A program made the translations under genes and the position numbers. This document shows positions 30,715 to 42,247 of a stretch of 64,000 bases of DNA, in pieces. The notes under the pieces were generated by a model that was given only the letters and a program-made list of their open reading frames with translations, ran no database searches and was not told the origin of the DNA. The stretch comes from an uncultured delta proteobacterium (GTDB taxonomy: Bacteria > Desulfobacterota > Desulfomonilia > Desulfomonilales > Desulfomonilaceae), in assembly GCA_963789265.1 (NCBI GenBank), contig CAWBKB010000005.1, positions 608,001 to 672,000 of the forward strand, given 5' to 3'. How positions within the stretch are numbered: position 1 is the stretch's first letter; every line of letters starts with the position of its first letter.

Positions 30715-31341
30715 TCAACTCCTAGTTGCCGATGCCCAGATATTAAAGCCAAGTTCAAAGTATCCGCTGCGAAAGCCATCTCTAGGAAAACCCGCAACCA
30801 TGAGCATTTCAAGAATGCGGCCGCGATCATAGAGGCCTTTGTGCTCGTCGACTTCCGTAGAGCTTACAAGATTCAATTTGCCCATGATCCTCAGCAAACT
30901 ATCCGTCCAGGGGGCCGGCGCGGTGACAATACATACACCTTTCGGCTTCAGGATTCGGAAAACTTCGGCGAACAGCGATGGCAATTGCCCCGTGTCCAAG
31001 TGCTCGATGACAGCAAGCATAGTAACAACATTGCAGCAGTTGCTTTCCAGAGGCAAGTTCGTTTTTTTTTCGAGGTCATGCTCGATGAGTCTGAAATTGT
31101 CGGAATTGAATAATGAAACTACATCGGCACGGAATGCTTTGTTCAGTCCTATCTTATTAGCAAAACCACTGCCCGCAAGGAAGAGTGGACGAGCGCCACA
31201 CCCTATGTCAACGATGCACCCATTGCGATATTCCGAAGGGATGAGGCTTTGGGCCAGCACATACCGCTTGTGTGCCAAGAAGGGTTCCAGAAAACCGTTC
31301 CCTCTGGTCGCTCTCGCTCGCAGCTCCAAAATGTCGTTCAC
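30715..31341 (-). CDS. Class I SAM-dependent methyltransferase
   Basis: [14 protein letters not shown] and FRILKPKG. Confidence 0.88.
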   Translation of the reverse strand: MNDILELRARATRGNGFLEPFLAHKRYVLAQSLIPSEYRNGCIVDIGCGARPLFLAGSGFANKIGLNKAFRADVVSLFNSDNFRLIEHDLEKKTNLPLESNCCNVVTMLAVIEHLDTGQLPSLFAEVFRILKPKGVCIVTAPAPWTDSLLRIMGKLNLVSSTEVDEHKGLYDRGRILEMLMVAGFPRDGFRSGYFELGFNIWASATRS

Positions 31342-31604
31342 CTCTGTTACAGGGTTCCTTCAGTCATGCCGGATGATACGCCGACAAGGACTCGTGCCAC
31401 TGCGTAGCGAAGTCTCTATGCACTTCCGGGCGGTGCTTCCATGTCAAAAAAACTCTTCACCGAACCTCACCCATTTTTTCGCAGAGTCTCGGTCAACTTA
31501 TGGCCGAATTTGCACTGATCTTACCAGCAGCGACCAAGAATGCAATCCTTGAACGATCGTGTTGCGGCTTCTTGTCGTACCGCTACTTCCTGTCATGAAT
31601 TATG

Positions 31605-31620
31605 CGGCACTAGGCTTGCT
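31605..31620 (+). promoter_or_regulatory. sigma-54 (-24/-12) promoter for the glycan operon
   Basis: CGGCAC-TAGGC-TTGCT fits TGGCAC-N5-TTGC with exact GG-N10-GC spacing. Confidence 0.65.
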
Positions 31621-31866
31621 TTTAGCAACTCATAGGTTTAAAATGGATTCCAATGGCTTACATAGAATATTGCGCTCTTGTTTCTTGGGTTCTGTCGCAC
31701 TTACGGTTTTCATTTAGGAACCGAGCAAGACCGGGAACAATCGACGGATTAGGCCGACATTATATCAGTTGCTGCAAAAATGTCCTTAAATCGGTATCAT
31801 CGCTGATGATACACAATAGCGAAGCTTTGCTTCAATAAACCCCAGATCTCGAAAAACCCCGCCTGC

Positions 31867-33228
31867 ATGAACCTAAAGCTTCTCAAAAAGATGGCGTCTC
31901 AGCCCTCGGAAATGTTTAGTGCTGCACTTTGGAACATTTACTGTTGGCAACAGGGAATGAGTAAGTGGTGGAACGATTTGGAGACGTTTCAAGTCAGTAC
32001 GCCGGACCGAGCCCAAGCGCAACTGGCGAGAAAGTTGCACCGACAAATTCAATACTTTGGAACACGGAGTGATGCACTTCCGGAGTGGCGCGAGGCGGCT
32101 AAAATACAAAATCCCGATGAATTATGGCGCGTGTGGGCGGATCTTCCTATCCTGTCGAAACAGGATTTGCAGAAGCGTTTTCTTCCCCACGAAATAAGCC
32201 GCCAATTTGGTGTCAAAGGAATTATGGCTTCAACAGGCGGCTCCACAGGTGAACCCACAAAGTTTCTTCATGATACCGACATGCAGCAGGCCACCAAGGC
32301 GACTAGTGTCTACTGTCGATTGAAGATAGCTTGGAGACCGGGCCTGCCGACGATCGTTGTCTGGGGGTCGGAACGGGACATAGGAAAGCAACAAGCATTT
32401 AGCCGGAGAGTTCTCCTCCGCCTTGCAAATCTGCATCTCATCGACGCGTATGAACTGACCTCGGATACGGTGGACAAGGTCTTGGAACTGCTGGAATTAC
32501 ATCCATCGGTGGCCATGTACGGATTCAGCAGTATGCTGGAATACATAGCGCGAGAGATCTTAGCAAGGAGAGCTCAGCCACCCCTCGGACGCGTGGTCGC
32601 CGCTTGGAACGGCGGTGAAATGCTTTATGAAAGCCAGCGTCAGTGTTTTCACGACGCCTTCGGAGTTTCTATCCTCAATTATTATGGAGCACGAGAGCTT
32701 TCTTCTATGGCCTATCAGCCCGGAGTCGGCAGACCATTGCTGGTACTTCGCCCTTTGCTTTTTCTGGAAATTGTTGACGAGCAAGGCAAACCCGTCGCTC
32801 CTGGTGAGATTGGCCGACTGATTTGGACGAGCACCGTGTGTAGAGGCACCCCGTTCCTTCGGTTCGATGTAGGGGACGTGGGCAGCTATGATTTCACGGA
32901 TTGCGACGAATCCGGCATCCGGGCCATAAAGCAGTTGGAAGGCCGTTTCGCCGGGTTGCTTAGACTGCCCAATGGAAAAACAATCAATTGCATATATTGG
33001 AACCATATCCTCAAGGAATATTCGGAAATCAAGCAATTCCAGATTGTTTTGCAAAGCGATCAGAATATACTGATTCGCCTCAAAGGGCCACCTTTTTCGC
33101 CGGAAAGGGAACAGGATCTCCGACAGAGGTTGCGAATTGTTCTTGGCGATATTCCCGTTTCGATGTCTTGGGTGAAAGAGATACCGCGAACTCCTCAGGG
33201 AAAGCTGGTACAAGTCGTAACAGAATGA
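31867..33228 (+). CDS. Phenylacetate-CoA ligase family (CapK-like) adenylating enzyme
   Basis: LPILSK, STGGSTGEP, YGARE, PFLRFDVGD, EGR and C-terminal IPRTPQGK. Confidence 0.88.
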   Translation: MNLKLLKKMASQPSEMFSAALWNIYCWQQGMSKWWNDLETFQVSTPDRAQAQLARKLHRQIQYFGTRSDALPEWREAAKIQNPDELWRVWADLPILSKQDLQKRFLPHEISRQFGVKGIMASTGGSTGEPTKFLHDTDMQQATKATSVYCRLKIAWRPGLPTIVVWGSERDIGKQQAFSRRVLLRLANLHLIDAYELTSDTVDKVLELLELHPSVAMYGFSSMLEYIAREILARRAQPPLGRVVAAWNGGEMLYESQRQCFHDAFGVSILNYYGARELSSMAYQPGVGRPLLVLRPLLFLEIVDEQGKPVAPGEIGRLIWTSTVCRGTPFLRFDVGDVGSYDFTDCDESGIRAIKQLEGRFAGLLRLPNGKTINCIYWNHILKEYSEIKQFQIVLQSDQNILIRLKGPPFSPEREQDLRQRLRIVLGDIPVSMSWVKEIPRTPQGKLVQVVTE

Positions 33229-33257
33229 TATCTTGACCTTTTCTTAAAGGCATTAGC

Positions 33258-33287
33258 CACCGCGGAGAACGCAGAGATCGCAGAGAA
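33258..33287 (+). repeat. Short tandem CGCAGAGA-type repeat
   Basis: CACCGCGGAGAACGCAGAGATCGCAGAGAA contains three 9-bp units. Confidence 0.5.
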
Positions 33288-33386
33288 TTCTGTTTTGCGT
33301 GGCGTCTACTCGATGGATCACGACAAATTCCGGTCTATGACAGTGAAGCCAATTCCGTCCGTGAAGTGTAGGGAGAACCCCGATAA

Positions 33387-34572
33387 TTGACGAATGTCGA
33401 TGGAACATTACAACCGGTGATTCGCGTCTTGCACGTTCTCAATTGGTTCCGACAGGGAGGACTGGAAACACAAGTTTTGCACATTTTGCGTACGTACGAT
33501 CGTCGCGCGTTTTCATATGGATGCATGTGTTATCGGGGCCGAGCCCGGAGACCTTGCTGAAGAGGCAAGAGGTTACGAAGCCGAAATCCTCGTTTGTCCC
33601 AAGTCACCGAATCTCTACGCATTCTCCCGCAATTTTTTCCGGATGCTCACGGACAAAGGTTATAATGTCGTGCACTCTCACGGCGAGACTTGGAGCGGTG
33701 CAACCCTGAGGGGAGCGGTGCTGGCAGGGATACCCATAAGAATTGCTCACATCAGAGACATCGGGCATGTAGGATCTGAAGATGATAAAACTGCCCTGCT
33801 AAGAGCCGGTCGAGCTGTTGTCACTGCCTGGGGGCGTCACTGGGTCCAATGTCATGCGACTCATGTTATGGGAGTGTCCGAAGCAGCCTTGGACCAACTA
33901 TGGCCCGAGTGGCGAAGCCAGCCGGATCGCTTTCTTGTATGGACGGCAGGAGTGGACACCGGAAGATTCTCAGAGGTCTGCAACGTTGAAAGACGTGAAA
34001 CGGCTTCTGCGCCCGTTATCATTTGCGTGGGAAACTTTTTCCTGCGATCCAAGCGACAGGATATGGCAGTGAGAATTTTCGCAACCGTACGCGCTGTGGT
34101 CCCTCAGGCCCGTCTAGTCTTCGTGGGAACGGGAACTCATGAATCTGCGTGCCGTTACTTGGCATCCGAGTTGGGAGTGTCCGACGCGGTTGATTTTCTT
34201 GGACCGAGAAGCAGGGCAGATATACCTGAACTGCTGAGATCTGCCGGAATCTTCTTGTGTTGCTCGGAATCCGAGGGGCTTCCTAACGTGTTGCTTGAGG
34301 CTCAAGCTGCGGGGTTACCGGTAGTGGCAACTGACATAGCTGCACATCGGGAGGCGTTGTCACCCGTCCTGTTCCCTTATCTTTTCGGCCGCGAGAATCA
34401 GCATGAGGCGGCAAGTAAAATCACTGCAATTCTGACTAATCCGGACTTGGCAAATAAACTCGGCAAAGCGGGAAGGGCTTATGTATCCCATCATTACAGC
34501 GCTTCATCGCGCATTAGGCTTTTGGAAGATCTCTACGTTTCCTGGGTAAATTCCGAGAAGGAATCGTTGTGA
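33387..34572 (+). CDS. GT4 glycosyltransferase (apparent 1-nt insertion near 33505)
   Basis: The upstream frame reads IRVLHVLNWFRQGGLE and joins MDACVIG after one base is removed; VVHSHG; EGLPNVLLEAQAAGLPVV. Confidence 0.88.
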
Positions 34573-35849
34573 ATTCAAATGACGTTTTCTTTTTGATGTT
34601 GCTGGTAACCGGAGTTCCTCTGCTGGTGACTCATTACCTTCGATCATCCTCATTCTCTAACGAGTTTCGTGGCTGGGTCATATTGGGTGGAATGTTATGG
34701 ATGGGCTATGCTGTTTTCAGCGATACCTTCTCCGGAGAAATGCTGGGAGTTTGGAAAGCGGACGGTTGGGCCCATGCATACGTCGGTCAAATCCTAGCCG
34801 GTTACATGCGCACCGGCAAATGGAACCTGGTGTGGGAGCACATGGTTATCGGCAACAGCATGTACCAGTGTTATGTGGGCTTCCTAATGTATCTCACAGG
34901 CGCAAGCGACACTTTCGTTACAGCACTTAACGGATGGTTTGGATTTTGGGGGGGACTGGTTCTCCTTCGCCATTTCAATCAAATCTTCCCCAATGCCAGG
35001 AAAGACTCCCCCTGGTTGCTTCTCATCATTTTTTGCCCGTCGGTTATTTATTGGACGACCATGGACGTCAAAGAGGCGCTGATGTACTGGTCTATTTGCC
35101 AAGTCTTCGCGAACAGCTCTCCACGCCGGGGCAGTTCGTTCTTAATGGGCATTCCAATGGTAGCCGTCGGTATTGCCGTAGGCTCTGTTTTGCGACCTCA
35201 TATAATGATTCCGTGGATGGTAGCGGTTACGGCGATAGGCCTGTTTCAGAGCGGTCAACGTTTGTATGCCGTGTTGACACTGGCGCTGCTTCCGTTAATT
35301 CTGCATTCATTTCAAACAAGGTGGGGTGTTCATGTTTCCGTTGACGCGCAGCTTTCCTTCGCTCAACAACAGGCACGGGTCTTGGAAGGAACCGGCGGAG
35401 GATCGAATTTTGACTATGGCGCTGGTGGACCGACTTTTTTTCTATCAGGTTTTATAGCGCTGTTTTTCAGACCTTTCCCATGGCAACTCGGGAGCTTGCG
35501 AATGATTTTGGCTCTGGCAGACACCTGGACCACTACAATCTTACTGGCGGGGTCGACCTTCTGGATTATAAAAACCGAAGGTCGGTCCTGCTTAAAAATC
35601 TCCGAAGTGCAGGTGGCAATTCTGGCTGCGATCCTGTTCTGCGTCTTCTTCAGCTATCTCCCGAATGAAGGATTGATTTTTAGGCAGCGCGTTCAAGCGG
35701 TTCCCGCGCTGCTCGCTCTGGTGGTTTTGCCGCGCTGGCACCGGAAAGATGTGCAACTCAAGATGCAACTCCAACTAAGGGCTTTGCTTGCCCGGCGTTT
35801 CGCTTATCTGAAATGGCTGCATTATTCGCGGTCCAACTTGAGTGCATAG
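34569..35849 (+). CDS. Polytopic membrane protein, putative Wzy-like polysaccharide polymerase
   Basis: About 10 TM segments; FFRPFPW and NEGLIFRQRVQ motifs; located between glycosyltransferases. Confidence 0.6.
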   Translation: MNSNDVFFLMLLVTGVPLLVTHYLRSSSFSNEFRGWVILGGMLWMGYAVFSDTFSGEMLGVWKADGWAHAYVGQILAGYMRTGKWNLVWEHMVIGNSMYQCYVGFLMYLTGASDTFVTALNGWFGFWGGLVLLRHFNQIFPNARKDSPWLLLIIFCPSVIYWTTMDVKEALMYWSICQVFANSSPRRGSSFLMGIPMVAVGIAVGSVLRPHIMIPWMVAVTAIGLFQSGQRLYAVLTLALLPLILHSFQTRWGVHVSVDAQLSFAQQQARVLEGTGGGSNFDYGAGGPTFFLSGFIALFFRPFPWQLGSLRMILALADTWTTTILLAGSTFWIIKTEGRSCLKISEVQVAILAAILFCVFFSYLPNEGLIFRQRVQAVPALLALVVLPRWHRKDVQLKMQLQLRALLARRFAYLKWLHYSRSNLSA

Positions 35850-35853
35850 TATT

Positions 35854-37135
35854 ATGCCGCTTCGGATAATCTGTAACTCCGTAAAAGCCAAGGCTTCGAA
35901 TAACAGCCTTGCACATGGAAAAAAGCCAAGACTAGTGCTGGTGACAACGGTCCCTCTCACGCTGAAAAGTTTCTTTCCGGGGCAGATAACGTATTTGAAG
36001 AATAAAGGATTCGATATCTATGCAGTGTCATCGCACGGCCGCGATTCTCGAGGAATTTGCCCGAAAAGAGCAAGTGCCTGTGCGCGGCATAACCATGACC
36101 CGAGGCATTTCGCCTTTTGCTGACGTTATAGCTTCTGTTCGTCTCTGGATCTTGTTCATGAAAATAAGGCCTACTGTGGTTCATGCTTCTACTCCAAAAG
36201 CCGGAGTCTTGAGCATGGTCGCCGCCGGTTTTGCGTGGGTCCCGGTAAAATTTTATACTTTGCACGGCATAATGACCGAAATACGGAGCGGACCGACGCG
36301 AATAATACTGAAGATTTTGGAATGGATCGCGTGCGCACTGGCCGACCAGGTATTGGCAGTAAGCCGTTCGGTAATGGACGGTGTTGTTTCTCAGCGCCTT
36401 TGTCCACAAAGGAAGATAAAGGTTATTGAGTACGGGAGTTGCAACGGCATAGATGCGCTTAACCAATTTAATCCGGCAGCCCCGAATAAGACAAAGAGGC
36501 TAGAGCTACGGTCGCATTTTTCTTTTGATGAGAACGCGATTGTCATAGGTTTCGTGGGTCGATTGGTGAAGGACAAAGGTGTTGTCGAATTGGCATCTGC
36601 GTGGAAGCTTATCAAGAACAGGCACGATAACGTCCGCCTGCTGATGATAGGCCCCAAGGAATCTCAGGATGCCGTTCCAGCATACATTTTGGAAGAATTA
36701 GGTTGCGATGATCGAGTCTCGATGCCGGGTTTTGTGGCAAATGAAGAATTGCCCTCCGTTTATGGCATTATGGATATAGTGGTTCTTCCCACGTACCGCG
36801 AAGGTTTTCCGTACTCGATACTTGAAGCGTCTGCTATGGGGCTGCCCGTAGTAGCATCACGAGTCACTGGCTGTGTCGATGCGGTCATCGGCGGAGTTAC
36901 GGGAATGCTTGTCCCCCCGAGAGATGTCCAAAGCCTGGTGGAGGCAATCTGCACTTATGTCAAAGATCCTGAGCTTCGTGTGAAACACGGCCAAGCAGGT
37001 AGGGAACGCGTGCTCGCACACTTTAGACAGGAGCCGATCTGGAAAGCGTTGTCCGAAGAGTATTTTTTCCATATTTGCCGCAAAGGGCTTTCCTTTTCAT
37101 CGGCTATCCGGCCTGAACAAGGACCCGAGCCGTGA
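35854..37135 (+). CDS. GT4 glycosyltransferase (apparent extra C near 36040)
   Basis: LVTTVPLTL...AVSSHG joins AILEEF; VHASTPKAG, FVGRLVKDKG and REGFPYSILEASAMG. Start position uncertain. Confidence 0.88.
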
Positions 37136-37746
37136 GCAAGGTGATTAAACGCGTCCTGGATGTGGTCCTGGCCGCGGCTGCACTGACGGTTCTCTCTCCG
37201 ATGCTGTTGCTGGTTGCGGCTGCTATTCGACTCTGCATGGGCCGGCCGGTTCTCTTCCGCCACCAACGTGCAGGCTTTCTCGGGCAACCCTTTGTCATGT
37301 TGAAATTCCGCACCATGAGCGATGAAAAGGGTGAAGACCGTCTTCCTCTGCCGGATGTGAAGCGCCTCACTCGATTGGGAAGAGTGCTTCGTACAACGAG
37401 TATTGATGAGCTGCCGCAACTATGGAACGTCTTAAAGGGTGAAATGAGCTTTGTGGGCCCCCAACCTTTACTCATGGAATACATCCCCAGCTATACTCCC
37501 GATCAACGTCGGCGTCACAATGTACTGCCTGGGATTATAGGATTACCTGCTGTTAAAGGCCGGGGAAAAAATCCCTGGGAAGAACGGCTGGCAATGGACA
37601 CTTATTACGTAGATAACTGGTCCTTGCTTCTCGATATCAAAATCGCCTTCATGGCCATTCCGGCCGTGTTCAATTTCGGGGCCGTGAATGAAAAGGGCCA
37701 GGCAACTTGCAGCAAATTCTGCAGTTCGGAGAAAGTTGAGCATTAG
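37132..37746 (+). CDS. Undecaprenyl-phosphate sugar-1-phosphate transferase (PglC-like monotopic PGT)
   Basis: KRVLDV, KFRTM, TSIDELPQLWNVLKGEMSFVGP and YVDNWSLLLD. Confidence 0.93.
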   Translation: MSKVIKRVLDVVLAAAALTVLSPMLLLVAAAIRLCMGRPVLFRHQRAGFLGQPFVMLKFRTMSDEKGEDRLPLPDVKRLTRLGRVLRTTSIDELPQLWNVLKGEMSFVGPQPLLMEYIPSYTPDQRRRHNVLPGIIGLPAVKGRGKNPWEERLAMDTYYVDNWSLLLDIKIAFMAIPAVFNFGAVNEKGQATCSKFCSSEKVEH

Positions 37747-37753
37747 CAGCCAG

Positions 37754-38722
37754 ATGCATTCCGAAGGGAACATTTTTGAAGATGGCCGTTTTGTTTACAA
37801 GCTTGTCGATCCCGTGAGTAACAAAGAACTGGTCCTGGCCTTGCTTTCGCAAGTGTTCGAGACGGATTTCGACCGAACTGAGTTCGAATGGTACAAATTG
37901 AAACATCCGTACTCAACGAGCAGAATTTACCTGGCCGTTGAAAAAATCAGCAAGCGCCAGGCCGGAGTGATATGTTGCCAAACGTTCCCATATCGCATCG
38001 GATCCGAAATAAAGAAAACCAATTTGTTAGTGAGTGGTGGTACTCACCCGGAATTCCGAAGAATGGGTGTATTCGGAAGGCTTTCCAACGTCATCGTTGA
38101 TCACGGATCACGGATCGGCGTTCAGCACACCGTGACATTCCCTAATCCGTACCTCAGACGATCTTTCACAGCATTCCTGAAGGCCGGTTGGCACGCGCCT
38201 ATAGAGTACAGGTTCTTCGAGAAAAGGCGTTTCCGAAGACGCTCGGTCGCAGATATCAGAATCAAGCGGTTTGATCAACGATTTGATGCTTTGATGCAGG
38301 AAACTGCCAAGTCGTTCGATTTCTTTCAGGTCAAGGATCACCATCTCTTGAATTGGCGCTACCTTGAGAGACCAAATTCCGGATACGACTGCTTTGCAGT
38401 GTATTATGGAGACATAAAAGGACTGATAGTTCTGAAAAAATTCTCCATTCAAGACGTGGTCAAAGTTCATATAGTCGATTTCGCGGCTTTGACCAATGAT
38501 ATTGCCGATCAGCTTATTTCCATAGCGGAAAATTATGCTCAGGACAGTTCGCTACTTAATGTGGTACTTACACCAGGCAACGCTTTTGAGCCACTTTTTC
38601 TGGAACGAGGATTTTCACCGACTGCCGACCCTTTCCCTGTGGTCATGAAAACTGCCGGCGACGTCTGTATCCCAAGGTTCTCGGCCCCTTGGGTGGCGCT
38701 AGGAGATTCTGACGTTTATTAA
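37754..38722 (+). CDS. GNAT family acyltransferase (double domain)
   Basis: FEWYKLKHP, THPEFRRMGVF, TFPN and LNWRYLERP. Confidence 0.82.
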   Translation: MHSEGNIFEDGRFVYKLVDPVSNKELVLALLSQVFETDFDRTEFEWYKLKHPYSTSRIYLAVEKISKRQAGVICCQTFPYRIGSEIKKTNLLVSGGTHPEFRRMGVFGRLSNVIVDHGSRIGVQHTVTFPNPYLRRSFTAFLKAGWHAPIEYRFFEKRRFRRRSVADIRIKRFDQRFDALMQETAKSFDFFQVKDHHLLNWRYLERPNSGYDCFAVYYGDIKGLIVLKKFSIQDVVKVHIVDFAALTNDIADQLISIAENYAQDSSLLNVVLTPGNAFEPLFLERGFSPTADPFPVVMKTAGDVCIPRFSAPWVALGDSDVY

Positions 38723-38737
38723 AGGAGGCGATTTGGG

Positions 38738-39397
38738 ATGCGAGTACTGTTCGTTGCACCCCATCCGGACGATGAGGTTTTCGGCCCGGGAGGGACCGTT
38801 GCAAAATATGGTCAAAGCGGAGCCGAAGTGCATGTGCTGGTGGTGACCAGGGGAGATGACTTATTTGACCAGGATTTAATTACGAAAGGACGTGAGGAGG
38901 CTCTCAGGGCCCATGAATTACTCGGTGTCACCAAGACGCACTTCGCGGACTTGCCCGCGATCAAACTGGATACACTGCCCCAGCATAAGATCAATGACAT
39001 GCTTCTTGACTACTTCCAAGAAATTCAACCGGACCTCTTGTTCTTGCCCTTTCCCGGGGACATTAACCGTGATCACCAAATAGTGCATGCCTGTGCTATG
39101 GTAGCGGCTCGCCCGGTTGGTGTAAGAATTCGCGGTATATATTGTTATGAGGCAGTATCGTCAACTAACTGGAATTCTCCTGGTATTTACCCGGCCTTTA
39201 CCCCAAATTGCTTTACTGATATCTCGGAAACTATTGATCTTAAAATCGAGGCTGCCAAAACTTATGCATCCCAATTAAAGCAATCCCCTCACGAGCGTTC
39301 TGTGGAGTCCATACTGGCGTTGAGTCAGTACCGGGGAGGATTCGTAAACCTTCCCCATGCTGAGGCCTTCATGTGCATTAGGCAGTTTCTTCTTTGA
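38738..39397 (+). CDS. PIG-L/LmbE family deacetylase
   Basis: VAPHPDDEVFG, R.EE and D.NRDH. Confidence 0.92.
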   Translation: MRVLFVAPHPDDEVFGPGGTVAKYGQSGAEVHVLVVTRGDDLFDQDLITKGREEALRAHELLGVTKTHFADLPAIKLDTLPQHKINDMLLDYFQEIQPDLLFLPFPGDINRDHQIVHACAMVAARPVGVRIRGIYCYEAVSSTNWNSPGIYPAFTPNCFTDISETIDLKIEAAKTYASQLKQSPHERSVESILALSQYRGGFVNLPHAEAFMCIRQFLL

Positions 39398-39548
39398 GAC
39401 CTAGTGAGAGGCATGGCATCGGGATGGAGTCGCAACATACGGCCATGAGCGTCAGACTGATGAATTTGCGTAGGGCATAAAAAAGGGCAACAGGACCGAA
39501 CACTTTGGAGTAAGCCCTTCTACAAGACGATTAGAAAACGCGAGGACC

Positions 39549-41309
39549 ATGCTGAAAGATCGTAAACTACTGACTTTGCTCAAAACCTTTGCACGTGCGT
39601 ACCCCAGGGAATCCGCCCTGGTGACGGTGACCTTATTCCTTGCAGGTTTGGCCGAAGGGCTCGGTATAGCCACGCTGCTACCGCTGTTGGGGCTGGTGGC
39701 CGGCGGTGGAACCGGCAATAATACTGAGTTGGGGCGGATAATAGTCCACATGTTGGGCACGGTAGGGGTTCAGCCTACCATCGGCGTGCTCATTCTATTG
39801 ATACTGGCCCTGATGACGGCAAGGACGTGCCTGGTATTGTGGGCAGCTCACTTGTGGGGCATGTACGCTGCCCGCGTAGAAATGGATTTTCGGATGGACT
39901 TGATCCGGGCGCTCATGGGAGCGCGGTGGGAATATTTCATCTCACAGCGACAGGGTAGTCTTGCAAATTCAATAACCACGGAAGCTAGAAATGCTTCCGA
40001 GACCTATCTTTTGGCATGTCGAATCATGGCCGCGGGCTTGCAGGCAGCCATGTATATAGCTATTGCTCTCTTGGTTTCCTGGAAGGTTACCGTGGTTGCC
40101 CTAGTTGGAGGGGCTTTGACGCTGAGTCTTTTGAACGGCTTTGTCGTTATGGCGCGCCGTGCTGGCGAGCATCAGACTGATCTACTCAGAGAAGTATCAG
40201 CTAGATTGCTCGATGGCGTGCAGGGGATCAAGCCGCTTAAGGCTATGGCTTGCGAGGAGCGGCTGGTTCCGCTTTTAGAAAAAGACATGCTGGGTCTTTA
40301 CGAGGCCAGGCGAAAGGAGGTGCTCAGCGGCGAAGGCTTGAATACGGTGAGCGAGTTCGCATTGATCTGTCTCGTGTCCGTGGGAATTCTTGCGGCTTAT
40401 TCCTTTTGGGGCGCGCCGCTGGAAACTGTAATGTTGTTTGCGGTTCTTGCATGGCGCACGTTCGGGAAGATGCGACTTGTACAACAGAATTATCAGTGGC
40501 TTACCCGCATGCAGAGCGCCTTTTGGTCCTTGAGGAAAGCCACGGATCGAGCCCAAGCAGCCGCTGAACGTGCCTTGAACGCGAAGAGGCCTACACTGAA
40601 TTTTGGCATAACATTTCGAAATGTCAGCTTTTCATACGGGGACAAACCCGTGCTGAGAAATGTCTTTCTGACCATTCCGGTAGGCAGCTTTATCGCGCTC
40701 ACCGGTCCCTCCGGCGCTGGTAAGACCACGATCGCGGATCTTATAATCGGTTTGTTTCACCCTCAAGGGGGCCAAGTCGACATAGATGATGTCCCGGTAT
40801 CTGACTTGTCCCTGAAGATGTGGCGAAGCATGATTAGTTATGCACCTCAAGAGACTATCATGTTTCACGATAGCATACTTACAAATGTCACTCTTGGAGA
40901 TCCCGCGCTCAGTCGTGCCGATGCGGAACAAGCTCTGGCCGCAGCAGGAAGTTGGGATTTTGTATGTTCTCTGCCGGGGGGCATGGATTGGGTAGTCGGG
41001 GAAAAAGGGGCAAGGCTCTCAGGCGGCCAACGCCAGCGTATCGCCATTGCACGGGCTCTCGTGCGCGGTCCGAAGCTCCTAATTCTCGACGAAGCCACTA
41101 CCGCTCTTGATCCTAAGACTGAAGCGGCGGTCTGTTCAACTCTGCAACAACTTCGCGGCAGCGTCACTATTATCGCCATCTCCCATCAACCGGCATTGCT
41201 TAGCGCGGCCGACGAAGTCTACCGCGTAGACAATCTGACCCTGATCAAAGACCCCTTTCCGGCTTTACGAGCGATTGACGGGATGCTGGCTCATTCACGG
41301 ACGGAATAG
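39549..41309 (+). CDS. ABC transporter, fused permease/ATPase (MsbA/PglK-like flippase candidate)
   Basis: N-terminal TMD; GPSGAGKT, LSGGQRQR, LILDEAT and ISH. Confidence 0.92.
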   Translation: MLKDRKLLTLLKTFARAYPRESALVTVTLFLAGLAEGLGIATLLPLLGLVAGGGTGNNTELGRIIVHMLGTVGVQPTIGVLILLILALMTARTCLVLWAAHLWGMYAARVEMDFRMDLIRALMGARWEYFISQRQGSLANSITTEARNASETYLLACRIMAAGLQAAMYIAIALLVSWKVTVVALVGGALTLSLLNGFVVMARRAGEHQTDLLREVSARLLDGVQGIKPLKAMACEERLVPLLEKDMLGLYEARRKEVLSGEGLNTVSEFALICLVSVGILAAYSFWGAPLETVMLFAVLAWRTFGKMRLVQQNYQWLTRMQSAFWSLRKATDRAQAAAERALNAKRPTLNFGITFRNVSFSYGDKPVLRNVFLTIPVGSFIALTGPSGAGKTTIADLIIGLFHPQGGQVDIDDVPVSDLSLKMWRSMISYAPQETIMFHDSILTNVTLGDPALSRADAEQALAAAGSWDFVCSLPGGMDWVVGEKGARLSGGQRQRIAIARALVRGPKLLILDEATTALDPKTEAAVCSTLQQLRGSVTIIAISHQPALLSAADEVYRVDNLTLIKDPFPALRAIDGMLAHSRTE

Positions 41310-42247
41310 CATAGCGTGTGTGATCACAAAAAGAAGCGCAAGATGGCCTTCAAATTGCGCGAACACATGATGCAGCCACTTATCTGTCTGAAGATCGCCA
41401 GGAACAACAAAGGAGATATTTAAAGGCCTGGCGAAATTCGTGGAGCTCGGGAGCAAATGGAAAGAAGAAGTATGATATACGCTATAGGGTGAGCCACAGG
41501 GGATTTCCTCCATTTTCTGAAAAAACCGATTCCTGGAGCCGCGGTTTTTGAGCTTTGATGTCTTACCGGCTCTTATAACCAAAGCCAAGGAGCAGGTTCC
41601 GGGCATGCAGTTTGTGCTAGGTTAGTTGTCGGATCGTTTCATTCTTCTGCCTTCATCTGCAGATGTGTTTGTTAGGGCGTGGGTGCATGCCAACTTTGAT
41701 GAATTCAAAACCTGGATTTCCATTTTGTTGCACAGAATCCGACCTGGTGGGCAACCAGTGGAATTCGGGCTGTTCAACCAACTTCTGTGGATGTGTAGGT
41801 GAAGCATCGGCCGGCCGACGATCCTGATCTCGATCACGGTGAACCCGGTCGGAGTATCTTTCCTGAGCCTCAATCAGTAGCATCCTTGACAGGAAGCTAG
41901 GCAGTGGGAAGCACACGTCCTCTCTCTTTGAATTACCGATCAACATCGAGCCGCATTCGACGGATGTGATCAGAACGTGGACATTTGCCGATGTCCCGGG
42001 CCGCCGATTGGTCACCAGATGGTCTCTTACTTTTCTCTAGCCAGCAGATACTCCAGATCAACCCTTTTCATTGCATCGTGGACCGGCACGACGCGGCTGC
42101 CTGGATTCGCAGGAGACTCTCTATCGTCCTTAGTCGGTGTACGGACTTCCCCACGAGTTTTTGCGTTCCTGACGGCTTGCCGGATGACAAAACAAAATTG
42201 CCAACGCGGAATGCGGTGCAATATTATCATCTCAATGGAGCTTTTGC

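Noticed and set aside
41601..41615. Second sigma-54 promoter (GGGCATGCAGTTTGT)
   Set aside because: The conserved -12 GC is GT here, and the site is more than 600 bp from the next gene.
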